Shown: in pieces, positions 48,842-58,013 of the stretch
Layout of the letters: every line of letters begins with the position of its first letter
How positions within the stretch are numbered: position 1 is the stretch's first letter
NCBI GenBank assembly: GCA_000991185.1
Contig: LBRB01000001.1
Coordinates: 4,080 to 68,079, forward strand
Length of the DNA stretch: 64,000 nt
Direction of reading: 5' to 3'
Source of the DNA: Berkelbacteria bacterium GW2011_GWA2_35_9
GTDB taxonomy: Bacteria; Patescibacteriota; UBA1384; GWA2-35-9
The notes under the pieces: generated by a model
The model's input: only the letters and a program-made list of their open reading frames with translations
What the model was told of the DNA's origin: nothing
Database searches by the model: none
Made by a program: the position numbers and the translations under genes

Positions 48842-49726
48842 ATGTCAGAAGAACAAAAAAGAATATTGGAAAAACAGTTGTGGGGCGTGGCGAATGCGCT
48901 CCGTGGCAAGATGAACGCCGACGAGTATAAAAACTATATTCTCGGTTTTATTTTCTACAAATACCTGTCCGAAAAGCTTGAGCGCTATGTCAACGAAAAG
49001 ATTATCTCAGGCGAAGATTTCACTTTTGCCCAAATTAAGGAGAAAACCAAACAAGGTCAAGAAGACATTGGGCATATCAAGATCGCCTGTATTGGGCATC
49101 TTGGTTATTTCCTCAAGCCTACTGAATTATTTTCGTATATCGTCAAAAAGGGCAAAGGCGAGATAAAAGATCAACCCAAATTCATCCTTGAAGATATTAA
49201 AAAGATTTTAGATGCGATAGAAAAAACATCTGCCAATACCGACAGCGAAGATGATTTTAAGGGACTTTTTGACGATGTTGACCTGACCTCGACTAAACTT
49301 GGTTCGCGGGAAAGCGAGAAAAACGAAGTTGTCGTGGAAGTGCTAACTCTACTTAGCGGAATTGACTTTAAGCTGGAGGACGCCAAAAGCGACCTACTCG
49401 GCGATGCCTACGAATATCTCATTGGTGAGTTTGCTGCTGGCGCCGGTAAAAAAGGCGGCGAATTTTACACCCCCGCCCAAGTTTCTCGCTTGTTAGCGCA
49501 AATAGTATCGCTCGATAAAAAGCGGCTCAAATCCGCCTACGATGCAACTTGCGGGTCAGGATCTCTTTTGCTCCGTCTTGGCGAGTTTACTGATGTTGTT
49601 AATTACTATGGTCAGGAACTTAACCCGACCACCTACAACCTTGCCCGAATGAATATGATTTTGCACGGTGTCCATTTTGATCATTTGAGGCGTAATGTCA
49701 AAATTGGTGGGCTGGTCATAACTTGA
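48842..49726 (+). pseudogene. hsdM: Type I restriction-modification methyltransferase subunit HsdM, 3'-truncated by IS insertion
   Basis: N-terminal HsdM domain (LWGVANALRGKM..YKNYILGFIFYKYLS), DATCGSGSLL (motif I), NMILHG. ORF then runs into the IS left inverted repeat and stops. Catalytic NPPF half and hsdS/hsdR are absent. Confidence 0.75.
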
Positions 49727-50744
49727 TTGTGATATAATTGAACCTTAAAATAAAAGTCTAATTACAGGAGATTGTAACAATGAGAAAAAAAATGTCTATA
49801 TTGTGGTTCAAGTAAAACTAAAAAGAACGGTCGAAGATATGACCGCCAATGCTATTTATGCAGAGTCTGTGGCAAACGATTTCAAAGTAAAAATAGATCC
49901 ACTAAATTAGCTCGTGTTATCTGGCACTCATATACCTTCAAGCGACAAAAGCTCTCCGATCTAGCTAAAGATTATGGTAAAAGTATCAATTGGATCAAGA
50001 AGCAGATCAAGTCAGTTGAGATTAAACCCAGGATCAAAGTAGAACTAATTACACCCGAACCTACGGTCATCGTCGTTGACAGCACCTTTTTCAAAAGAGT
50101 CTTTGGTATTATGGTAGTTCGCAGTGTTCATCTTAAACAAAACATCTAACGGAAAGAAATTATTAACGAAACGATTAGTGAATATCTCTTTGCCAGAACC
50201 ACCATCGAACAACAGGGCTGGCTTATTAAGGGAGTTGTTTTGGACGGCAGGATAGGCGCCAAGCGAGTCTTTGCCGATATTCCGGTGCAGATGTGTCAGT
50301 TCCACCAAAAACAGATCATCAACCGTTATTTAACATTAAATCCGATCCTTCCCGCTAGTATTGAGTTGCGAAAGATTGTCCAGTCCTTATGCCAAACTAA
50401 TCTAATTACCTTTACTAACCAATTAGATGCTTGGCAGAAATGGGGAATCTTTATCAAAGAAAAGACCAAGGACACAATTAACCCAAGGAGATGGCACTAC
50501 ACTCACGGAAGAACACGGTCAGCCTATCAAAGCTTAATGACCAATCTGCCTTACTTGTTTACTTACCAGAAGTATCCCGAGCTACACATACCAAACACTA
50601 CCAATTCACTGGATGGCTACTTTTCCCACTTAAAGGAATTAACTAAGTTACATAGAGGATTAAACAAGCAAACAAAAAGAAAAATGATTAAAGAAATATT
50701 AGCTAAAAATAGCTAAAACAGCCCACCAATTTTGACATTACGCC
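49689..50744 (+). mobile_element. Insertion sequence (~1056 bp) with perfect 26-bp terminal inverted repeats GGCGTAATGTCAAAATTGGTGGGCTG; IS1595-like
   Basis: IRL 49689-49714 and IRR 50719-50744 are exact reverse complements (read directly); encloses zinc-ribbon+DDE transposase reading frame; no target-site duplication detected. Confidence 0.7.
49780..50716 (+). pseudogene. IS1595-family-like transposase (zinc ribbon CxxC-x16-CxxC + DDE domain), disrupted
   Basis: ATG at 49780 with RBS aggag. Frame switch needed in A8 run (49785-49792) to reach zinc-ribbon frame (CLYCGSS...CRVCGKRF, VIVVDSTFFKR). In-frame TAA at 50147-50149. C-terminal part is track ORF 50240-50716 (TTG). Confidence 0.55.
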
Positions 50745-50751
50745 ACTATTT

Positions 50752-51852
50752 ATGGAAATTGAACAATTAATAAATAAACAGGGGGAAATTGTGAACAAAC
50801 CTAAAAGACAATGGTTAAAGTGGATAGGAGTTCTCGTATTAATACTGATAGTGCTTTCTGCTATGGAGCATTTTGGATTGGTGCCGAAAAAACCGGAAGT
50901 ACAGATTTCGGCGCTCGGGAAAAAACAAATCAACTGCCAGCGAACTTTTACGCCTAAATACTCAAGCGGACCTTACTACAACGGACCATTGTTTGACGAC
51001 CACTTTCATCTGCCATTTTCGCCCGGGATGCGATCTTTTTTTGTTAAAATGCCGACACTTGGCGAAGGCAAAGATGTAACTATAAACGAAATTCTCTGCA
51101 ATTTTGACCGGGAAAAATCCAGTGGTGCGTTGACTTTCTATATGCCAAAAAGCACCAATAAAGTAACCATCCCGCAAGCCAATGAAATTAAAAACTACAC
51201 AGATAAAATTAATTTGTTTGTCTCACCAGCTATAATCAAGCCCAAAGATTTAGAAAAAATCATTAAAGAAAATCCGGGTCTATTTGTGGGTATTGGCGAG
51301 ATCGGTTTTTATGAGTTTACCAACAAATGGCGACCGATAAATGGCAGATGGGCGAATGAAATCTACAATATTTCCGATACATACAATTTGCCGGTGATGA
51401 TCCACTCGGGAAAGGGTCAGCAGGAACAGGTTGAAAATGTGTTAGCTAGTTATCCGAATGTGACATTTCTCTTGCACGGGCACGAAAGTGCGCAATATAT
51501 TACCGAGCTGATGGGAACCTTCACAAATATTTACTATTCCGTCGATGGCGCTTCGCTCTACTCAATGCGAGGAGCGATGGTCAGATCGGGCTACGACGAT
51601 TATGTTGCCGGATTCAAAAATGAGTTTACATCGCTTATTGACGAAGGAATCAGTTTTTGGCGCGACAAGATAGGCGAATATCCAGACCGATTCATACTTG
51701 GCACTGACCGTGGTGGCACAGGACATTACAGCGAGGAGTTTAGTCAGCTGACAGAAGAATTTTCACGAGCATTTATCGGCGGACTCGACAAAAGCGTCCA
51801 AGAAAAATTTGCTCATCAAAATGCAGAAAAGTTTTTGAATATTAATAAATAA
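50752..51852 (+). CDS. Membrane-anchored amidohydrolase-like (TIM-barrel metal-dependent hydrolase) protein
   Basis: 366 aa; N-terminal TM helix; HxH (FDDHFHLPF), LLHGHES, LGTDRGG Asp consistent with amidohydrolase-2 ligand pattern; GC-richer than core genome. Confidence 0.45.
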   Translation: MEIEQLINKQGEIVNKPKRQWLKWIGVLVLILIVLSAMEHFGLVPKKPEVQISALGKKQINCQRTFTPKYSSGPYYNGPLFDDHFHLPFSPGMRSFFVKMPTLGEGKDVTINEILCNFDREKSSGALTFYMPKSTNKVTIPQANEIKNYTDKINLFVSPAIIKPKDLEKIIKENPGLFVGIGEIGFYEFTNKWRPINGRWANEIYNISDTYNLPVMIHSGKGQQEQVENVLASYPNVTFLLHGHESAQYITELMGTFTNIYYSVDGASLYSMRGAMVRSGYDDYVAGFKNEFTSLIDEGISFWRDKIGEYPDRFILGTDRGGTGHYSEEFSQLTEEFSRAFIGGLDKSVQEKFAHQNAEKFLNINK

Positions 51853-51958
51853 TATCGTTATAATCCTTATAAACAAACGGTACTATGCTATATAGTAGAG
51901 TACCAAACATATTTTTCTCAGTTCTTTTCTATGCTGTTTAATACTTATCTCAAAACTC

Positions 51959-52360
51959 TTACCGTTTTGACCATTGTGGGGCTTTGCGAGCACTTTTGAG
52001 TCCCGGTTTTTTGCGTTCTTTTTCTCTCGAATCACGAGTTAAATAGCCAAGTTTTCTAAGAGTTGGCTTTAAAGTTTCGTCATAATCAACTAGAGCACGA
52101 GCTATTCCCATTGTAATGGCATCTTTTTGTGAGCTGAACCCCCCACCTTTTGTAATAATTGAAATTGAAAATTTGCTATCCATACCAACCGATTTAAAAA
52201 CATCCTCAATATATTTATCAAAATTATCAATTTCTTTTTTATTGATGGTTGAAGTTCTTTTTGATTTATAAATACGGACAGTTGCAACAGTTCTTTTTCT
52301 TCTTCCAGTGCCTTGATAATATTGTCTCTTTACATTTTTAGTTTCAGTCATTTTTAACAA
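51959..52360 (-). CDS. rpsI: 30S ribosomal protein S9
   Basis: 133 aa; C-terminus ARKAPQWSKR. Confidence 0.9.
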   Translation of the reverse strand: MLKMTETKNVKRQYYQGTGRRKRTVATVRIYKSKRTSTINKKEIDNFDKYIEDVFKSVGMDSKFSISIITKGGGFSSQKDAITMGIARALVDYDETLKPTLRKLGYLTRDSREKERKKPGLKSARKAPQWSKR

Positions 52361-52730
52361 ATTTTAATCTTTTTAACCAATTATCTTTCAAGCGATTGTC
52401 TGGTAACATTCCGGAAACAGCTTTGTATAAAACTTTTTCAGTATTATTTTTAAACAAATCTTTTAATTTTGTCTCTTTTAAGTTACCAATATATCCACTA
52501 TGTCGATAATATATTTTTTGATTAATTTTATTACCGCTGAATTTTAATTTGTTTACATTCGAAACAAAAACTGTATCACCGCAGTCAGCATTAGGTGTAT
52601 AACTAGTTTTATTTTTCCCCCTCAATAAAACAGCGATTTGTACAGCTAATCTTCCCAAATAAATTCCAGTGGCATCGATATCATGCCTAATTCGGTTAAT
52701 TTTAGTAATTGGTTTGGTAGCTTTTATCAT
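52344..52730 (-). CDS. rplM: 50S ribosomal protein L13
   Basis: 128 aa; GRLAVQIAVLLRGKNK motif. Confidence 0.9.
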   Translation of the reverse strand: MIKATKPITKINRIRHDIDATGIYLGRLAVQIAVLLRGKNKTSYTPNADCGDTVFVSNVNKLKFSGNKINQKIYYRHSGYIGNLKETKLKDLFKNNTEKVLYKAVSGMLPDNRLKDNWLKRLKFVKND

Positions 52731-53167
52731 TTATTATTTTTAGTTTTTTTCAAAATCTTCTTTGAACTTTTTTCAGACATTTCTTTTTCTTCTTTAACCT
52801 CAGCCAGTTTGACCAAATCAGGGTTAATTTTCAACATTGCTAATTCTGCCCCGTCTCCTTTTCTAGTGTTTAGATTATACTTGAAAACAAATTTATCATT
52901 ATTTTTCAAATTAGGTTGATAAACTTCAATTAATTTGTCAATTACATTCTTCCCGATTAAATATTTTTTTAAATATCTTATTAAATTAACATTATTATCT
53001 GAATTTTTTATTCGTGATAACAATTTTTCAGTGATTGGCTTGATCGCTTTAATTTTCGCTTTAGTAGAAGTGATTTTCTCATACAAAAATAACGACGTTA
53101 GCATATTTTTTACCAACAAGCGTCGATGACCGATTTTTCGTGATAATTTTTGATGAGTTGGAAGCAT
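52727..53167 (-). CDS. rplQ: 50S ribosomal protein L17
   Basis: 146 aa; N-terminus RKIGHRRLLVKNMLTSL typical of L17. Confidence 0.9.
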   Translation of the reverse strand: MLPTHQKLSRKIGHRRLLVKNMLTSLFLYEKITSTKAKIKAIKPITEKLLSRIKNSDNNVNLIRYLKKYLIGKNVIDKLIEVYQPNLKNNDKFVFKYNLNTRKGDGAELAMLKINPDLVKLAEVKEEKEMSEKSSKKILKKTKNNK

Positions 53168-53172
53168 CTTTG

Positions 53173-53913
53173 TTATTTAGTTTTCTTGGTTGTTTTTTTA
53201 GTTGCCTTTTTCTTTTCTGGTTGAGATATATTTTCCAAAATAACATTCAAGTGTTCGCAAATAACTTGGCAAGACTTTGATAGAATTACATCCGGCGTCA
53301 CTGAACCATCGCTTGAAATTGACAATATCAACTTATCATAGTTGGTATCTTGTCCGACACGAGTGTTCTCAACATCAAAGCTAATTTTTCGAATTGGAGT
53401 GAAATTAGCATCAATTGCAATCATACCGAATTCAAGAGCACTACTATCTCTATTTTCGGTAGGCAAATAACCTTTGCCAGTTTCAACAACAGCTTCAATT
53501 TCTAGCTTTGCACCTTTATCTAAAGTTGCGATCGGTTGTTCTGGATCAATAATTTCAATATCAGCATTCTTTTTGAAATCTTTAGCAGAAACTTTTTTTG
53601 CACCGCTAACGGATAATTTAATTGTAACTGGATCGTTGGTGAATTTCTTCATCCGTAATTGTTTTAAATTCAAAATAATTTCAATGACATCTTCTTTTAC
53701 GCCTTTGATCGAAGAAAATTCGTGGGTGACATTATTTATTTTTATTGAAGTTATTGCATTGCCTTCAATTGAACTTAGTGCTACACGACGAATAGCATTA
53801 CCTAAAGTTACACCGTAGCCAGGCAAAAGTGGATCTAAAACAAAAACTCCTTCATTGTCTTTCAGACTTTCTGTTTTAAATTTTAAATAATCCATTTCTT
53901 TTAATATAGGCAT
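53173..53913 (-). CDS. rpoA: DNA-directed RNA polymerase alpha subunit, N-terminal domain only
   Basis: 246 aa; LDPLLPGYGVTLGNAIRRVALSSIEG alpha-NTD; ends in Lys-rich tail, no alpha-CTD. Confidence 0.85.
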   Translation of the reverse strand: MPILKEMDYLKFKTESLKDNEGVFVLDPLLPGYGVTLGNAIRRVALSSIEGNAITSIKINNVTHEFSSIKGVKEDVIEIILNLKQLRMKKFTNDPVTIKLSVSGAKKVSAKDFKKNADIEIIDPEQPIATLDKGAKLEIEAVVETGKGYLPTENRDSSALEFGMIAIDANFTPIRKISFDVENTRVGQDTNYDKLILSISSDGSVTPDVILSKSCQVICEHLNVILENISQPEKKKATKKTTKKTK

Positions 53914-53931
53914 ATATTTCCTTTCTTTTTA

Positions 53932-54531
53932 TTATCGATTATAAAACTCTACGATAAGTTGTTCGTTAAGATCGAACGGAGCGTTTTCTCTGTTCGGTAG
54001 CTTAACAACCGTAATACTTTTTTTATTTTTATCTATTTTTAACCAATTTGGAATTTCGTTATCTTGAAGTTCCAATTTATCTTTATCAGCTTGTTTACGA
54101 ATAGTCAAAACATCACCTTTGTCAATAATAATTGAAGGTATATTAACTTTCTTGTCGTTTAGGTAGAACTTAGCATGAGAAACCATTTGCCGACCATGAA
54201 GTCGAGATTTAGCAAAACTGGCACGATAAACAACATTATCCAATCGTCTTTCAAGCAATGTTAAAAGTAACTCACCAGTTGCTTTTGGATCTTTTGAAGC
54301 AATTTTGAAAAATCTTCGGAATGGTTTTTCTCTTAATCCATAAATAAATTTAGCTTTTTGTTTTTCAGCTAACTGTAATCCATAGTCAGATAATTTTCTT
54401 CTAAATTTCTTACCATGTTGACCAGGAATATAGGGTCTTTTAGATAGTATTTTCTGTTGTTTAGCAGAAATTGCGATCTTTAGTGATCGTGCCTTTTTTA
54501 ACTGTGATGGATAAACTTTACTTTTTGGCAT
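53932..54531 (-). CDS. rpsD: 30S ribosomal protein S4
   Basis: 199 aa; S4 domain LSDYGLQLAEKQKAKFIYG. Confidence 0.9.
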   Translation of the reverse strand: MPKSKVYPSQLKKARSLKIAISAKQQKILSKRPYIPGQHGKKFRRKLSDYGLQLAEKQKAKFIYGLREKPFRRFFKIASKDPKATGELLLTLLERRLDNVVYRASFAKSRLHGRQMVSHAKFYLNDKKVNIPSIIIDKGDVLTIRKQADKDKLELQDNEIPNWLKIDKNKKSITVVKLPNRENAPFDLNEQLIVEFYNR

Positions 54532-54908
54532 TATACTCTCCTCGGTTTTTTAGGTCTTGGTCCGTTGTGTGGAATTGGGGTCGTGTCTTTAATTTTTGTA
54601 ATCTTTAAACCAGTTGAAGCGATGGCTCTAACAGCTGCGTCTCGACCAGATCCGACACCCTTAACATAAACTTCAATTTCTTTTAAACCCAGCGCTAATG
54701 CTTTATCGAGCGCTATTTTAGTGGCTGATCCAGATGCAAATGGAGTTGATTTTTTTGTGCCTTTAAAACCCGAACTACCGGCAGTTGCCCACGAAATGAC
54801 ATTTCCCTTAATATCAGTAATTGAAATTATAGTATTGTTAAACGAAGCAGAAATGAATATCTTTCCACTATTAACTATTTTAACAACTTTTTTTTGATTT
54901 TTTTTCAT
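54531..54908 (-). CDS. rpsK: 30S ribosomal protein S11
   Basis: 125 aa; GSGRDAAVRAIASTGLKITKIKDTTPIPHNGPRPKKPRR. Confidence 0.9.
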   Translation of the reverse strand: MKKNQKKVVKIVNSGKIFISASFNNTIISITDIKGNVISWATAGSSGFKGTKKSTPFASGSATKIALDKALALGLKEIEVYVKGVGSGRDAAVRAIASTGLKITKIKDTTPIPHNGPRPKKPRRV

Positions 54909-54923
54909 ATAATCATTTAATTA

Positions 54924-55313
54924 TTAAGTCTTTTCCGCCGCTTTCTTACGACCTGATCCAACGGTAACTTTCTTTCCTCTTTTGGTTCGAGCGTTGGTTT
55001 TAGTTCTTTGACCCCTAACCGGCAGTCCTTTATTGTGTCTCGACCCACGATATGATTGGATATCTTTTAATAATCGAATATTTTGTGAAATATCAATTTT
55101 TAAATCGTTTTCAACTCGGTAACCATTATCAATAATAAGTTTAATCTTTGCCACATCATCGTCAGTCAAATCTTTTACTCGAGTATCTGGATTAATATTA
55201 GCAGAAGATAAAATAGTCGAAGCATTTTTATAGCCAACTCCAAATATTTTTGGAAGAGCAGCTTCCACTCGTTTATCTGAATCTAATATAACTCCTGAAA
55301 TTCTAACTGTCAT
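54924..55313 (-). CDS. rpsM: 30S ribosomal protein S13
   Basis: 129 aa; RISGVILDSDKRVEAALPKIFGVG. Confidence 0.9.
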   Translation of the reverse strand: MTVRISGVILDSDKRVEAALPKIFGVGYKNASTILSSANINPDTRVKDLTDDDVAKIKLIIDNGYRVENDLKIDISQNIRLLKDIQSYRGSRHNKGLPVRGQRTKTNARTKRGKKVTVGSGRKKAAEKT

Positions 55314-55315
55314 AT

Positions 55316-55429
55316 TTATCCTTGTCTTTGTTTGTGTCGAGGATCTTCACAGATAACGAAGACTATTCGTCGACGACGAATAATTCGACATTTATTGCAC
55401 CTTTTTTTTACTGATGGTTTAACTTTCAT
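55316..55429 (-). CDS. rpmJ: 50S ribosomal protein L36, not in ORF track
   Basis: 37 aa [37 protein letters not shown] read from reverse complement. Confidence 0.85.
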   Translation of the reverse strand: MKVKPSVKKRCNKCRIIRRRRIVFVICEDPRHKQRQG

Positions 55430-55431
55430 AT

Positions 55432-55647
55432 TTATATTCTTCTAATAATACGACCCTTAGTCAGATTGTAAAGTGAAAATTCCACTAAAACCCGATCACC
55501 AACTGTAACTTTGATGTAATTTTTTCTCATTTTTCCGGACAAAATCCCTAATACTTTTTGTCCGTTTTCGAGGATAACACGAAAAATTGTGTTGGGAAGA
55601 GATTCTTCAACCACACCCTCTAACGTAATAACTTCTTTTTTACTCAT
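55432..55647 (-). CDS. infA: Translation initiation factor IF-1
   Basis: 71 aa; S1-like [33 protein letters not shown]. Confidence 0.9.
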   Translation of the reverse strand: MSKKEVITLEGVVEESLPNTIFRVILENGQKVLGILSGKMRKNYIKVTVGDRVLVEFSLYNLTKGRIIRRI

Positions 55648-55729
55648 TTAGCTTTATTTAATATATCAAATTATTCTCAACTTGTCAACCAAAACTATAT
55701 CTGTTGGACAATAAATATGAAATATTTGA

Positions 55730-56467
55730 TTATGTAATAATCTCAACACCATTTTGTGTAACTATTACAGTATGTTCAAAATGGGCTGATTTATCATTAT
55801 TTTTAGTTTTAATCGACCATTTATTTTTGTTGATTATTTTTTCAGACTTTAGAGAAAACATTGGCTCGATTGCTAAAACATCGCCAGATTTAATCTCAAT
55901 CCCATGATTTTTAACTCCAAAATTATAAATTGTTGGTTTCTCATGAACAGCTTTACCAGTACCATGACCGGATAAATCTTGGATAACTTTTAATTTAGCT
56001 TGCTCAGCTGTTTGGGCAATAATATTTCCAATATCACCCGTTTTTACACCTGGTTTGATGATCTTAATTGCATTGTTTAGCGCTTTTTGCGTCGCTTGGC
56101 ATAAGATTTTATCCTGATTATCTTGAGAAAAATTGAGGGTTATTGCTCCATCTGTAAACATATCATTATAAATAATACCTAAATCTATCGAGACTAAATC
56201 TCCCGATTTAATACAATAATCAAACGGAATGCCGTGAACAATAGTATCATTTACAGACAAACAAACTGAAGAAGGAAATCCATCATAACCCTTGAAAGAT
56301 GCAGTTGCATATTGTTCGCAAATAGTCTTATCAACAAAATTTTCTATTTCAAGTAAATTCGTTCCGATTTTAACAGATTTTTTTAAATTTTCTAATATGT
56401 TTCTCAAGATTTTTCCACTAATTTTGAGATCGTTATACGCCTGTGAATCGATTTTTATATTTGCCAT
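55730..56467 (-). CDS. map: Methionine aminopeptidase type I
   Basis: 245 aa; pita-bread metal ligands (DGFPSSVCLSVNDTIVHGIP, H..E..). Confidence 0.9.
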   Translation of the reverse strand: MANIKIDSQAYNDLKISGKILRNILENLKKSVKIGTNLLEIENFVDKTICEQYATASFKGYDGFPSSVCLSVNDTIVHGIPFDYCIKSGDLVSIDLGIIYNDMFTDGAITLNFSQDNQDKILCQATQKALNNAIKIIKPGVKTGDIGNIIAQTAEQAKLKVIQDLSGHGTGKAVHEKPTIYNFGVKNHGIEIKSGDVLAIEPMFSLKSEKIINKNKWSIKTKNNDKSAHFEHTVIVTQNGVEIIT

Positions 56468-57123
56468 CAGTTTTTTAGTACTTTTTTTATAGATCGATCA
56501 ATCTCTAAAGCAATATTTTTAATTGTTTTTGCTCCATTAAATTCTAATACTTTATTATCATCAGATAATTTATCAATTACTGGCTGGGTTTGTTTTTCAT
56601 AAATTTCAAACCTTTTAGAAATTGCTTTACCATTATCATCATCTCTTTTTTCTAGTTTTATATGACATTTTTTACACTCAAACACTTTGTCAATTGATTT
56701 TGAATATGTATTTTCACACTTTGGGCAAATTAACCGATCGGCAATTCTTTCTTTGGCAATTTTTTGACTCAGACTCAAATGAATTACAACTATTTCATCC
56801 ATTTCTAAATATTTTTTAATTTTAAATATTATTCCTAATTGTTTTATTCTTCTAGGAAAACCATCAAAAATAATATTGTGTGGGTGACCGATCTTTTTTA
56901 TTTGATTAAAAATAATTTTTGAAAATATACGATCCGGAATCATTTTACCAACTGTAGCATAGGATTTAACGCTTTTACCAATTTTTGAATTAGATTCAAT
57001 CTCTTTTCTAATCAATTCTCCGGCTTCGATGATTGGAATATGATGTTTGGTTGCCAAAATATTTGCTTGAGTTCCCTTACCACTACCTTGTATACCTAAA
57101 AATATAATTATTCTTTTTTTCAT
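56467..57123 (-). CDS. adk: Adenylate kinase with zinc-binding LID
   Basis: 218 aa; P-loop GIQGSGKGTQ, LID CPKC...CKKCH. Confidence 0.9.
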   Translation of the reverse strand: MKKRIIIFLGIQGSGKGTQANILATKHHIPIIEAGELIRKEIESNSKIGKSVKSYATVGKMIPDRIFSKIIFNQIKKIGHPHNIIFDGFPRRIKQLGIIFKIKKYLEMDEIVVIHLSLSQKIAKERIADRLICPKCENTYSKSIDKVFECKKCHIKLEKRDDDNGKAISKRFEIYEKQTQPVIDKLSDDNKVLEFNGAKTIKNIALEIDRSIKKVLKN

Positions 57124-58013
57124 TCAATCTTAATTAAATATTTACCAGCAGTTATCTCACTGCTTTTTCCATCTAACATTGAAAATATTTTATCATCTTT
57201 TGTATAGAAAATATATTGATTAAAATTAATAAATGATTCGATTTTAGCTTCAAGTATTTCGCTATTAATTTTTGATTCAATATTATAGGCAAATAATTTG
57301 TTGTTATTTAAATAATAGATATTATTATTGTAAATATAAAAATCATCTGGCTTTTGATTAAGTTCAGCAATTAAATTTTTATTATTGTTTTTTAATTCGA
57401 CTGAATAAATTTCAAAAATGTTACTACGATCAACTACATAATAAAGCATTTTTTTATCAATCAAGAGATTAAATGGATTTAAGCTTTCATTGGCGATTTC
57501 CTCTTTATTCTTACCACTTAAATTTATAGTAAAAATTTTGTAACCGATACTTCTCTCGGCGTTTGAATATTCAGTATAAGCAATATTTTCACTCCCAAGC
57601 TCAAGATTATCTTTATTAAAATTAGATACCGTCAAAATTTTTTTACCGCTTGAGTTTAATGAAACTGTATACAAATTATCAACGTTGTCTTTACTCATTA
57701 CAATAAATAATTTATCGTTATTAATTCCCAGTACTTTTGTTACTTTTTCTTTTTCATCAGCGTCAGTAAAAATGACATTTTTATTCTGACCATCATATTT
57801 ATATATATCGGTTCTGACATTATCTTTATTATAAAAATAAATACTTTTGTATTCGACTGACTTGTTTACAGATGTGCTTTGTGTATTTTCAATATTTGCT
57901 TGTAAGGGTGTATTTGTTTCAGAACTTTTTTGGTTTTTAAAAAAACCAAAAAATAATATTAGAATTGAAATCAGAAAAAAAATATAGAGATATTGATTTT
58001 TAGTAGATTTCAT
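57120..58013 (-). CDS. Membrane-anchored hypothetical protein, beta-rich repeat (propeller-like)
   Basis: 297 aa; N-terminal TM, Asn/Tyr-rich repeated beta-strand pattern; inserted between adk and secY. Confidence 0.5.
   Translation of the reverse strand: MKSTKNQYLYIFFLISILILFFGFFKNQKSSETNTPLQANIENTQSTSVNKSVEYKSIYFYNKDNVRTDIYKYDGQNKNVIFTDADEKEKVTKVLGINNDKLFIVMSKDNVDNLYTVSLNSSGKKILTVSNFNKDNLELGSENIAYTEYSNAERSIGYKIFTINLSGKNKEEIANESLNPFNLLIDKKMLYYVVDRSNIFEIYSVELKNNNKNLIAELNQKPDDFYIYNNNIYYLNNNKLFAYNIESKINSEILEAKIESFINFNQYIFYTKDDKIFSMLDGKSSEITAGKYLIKIE

Noticed and set aside
50045-50308. 87-aa minus-strand ORF inside the IS
   Set aside because: Antisense to the transposase reading frame; no RBS; likely spurious.
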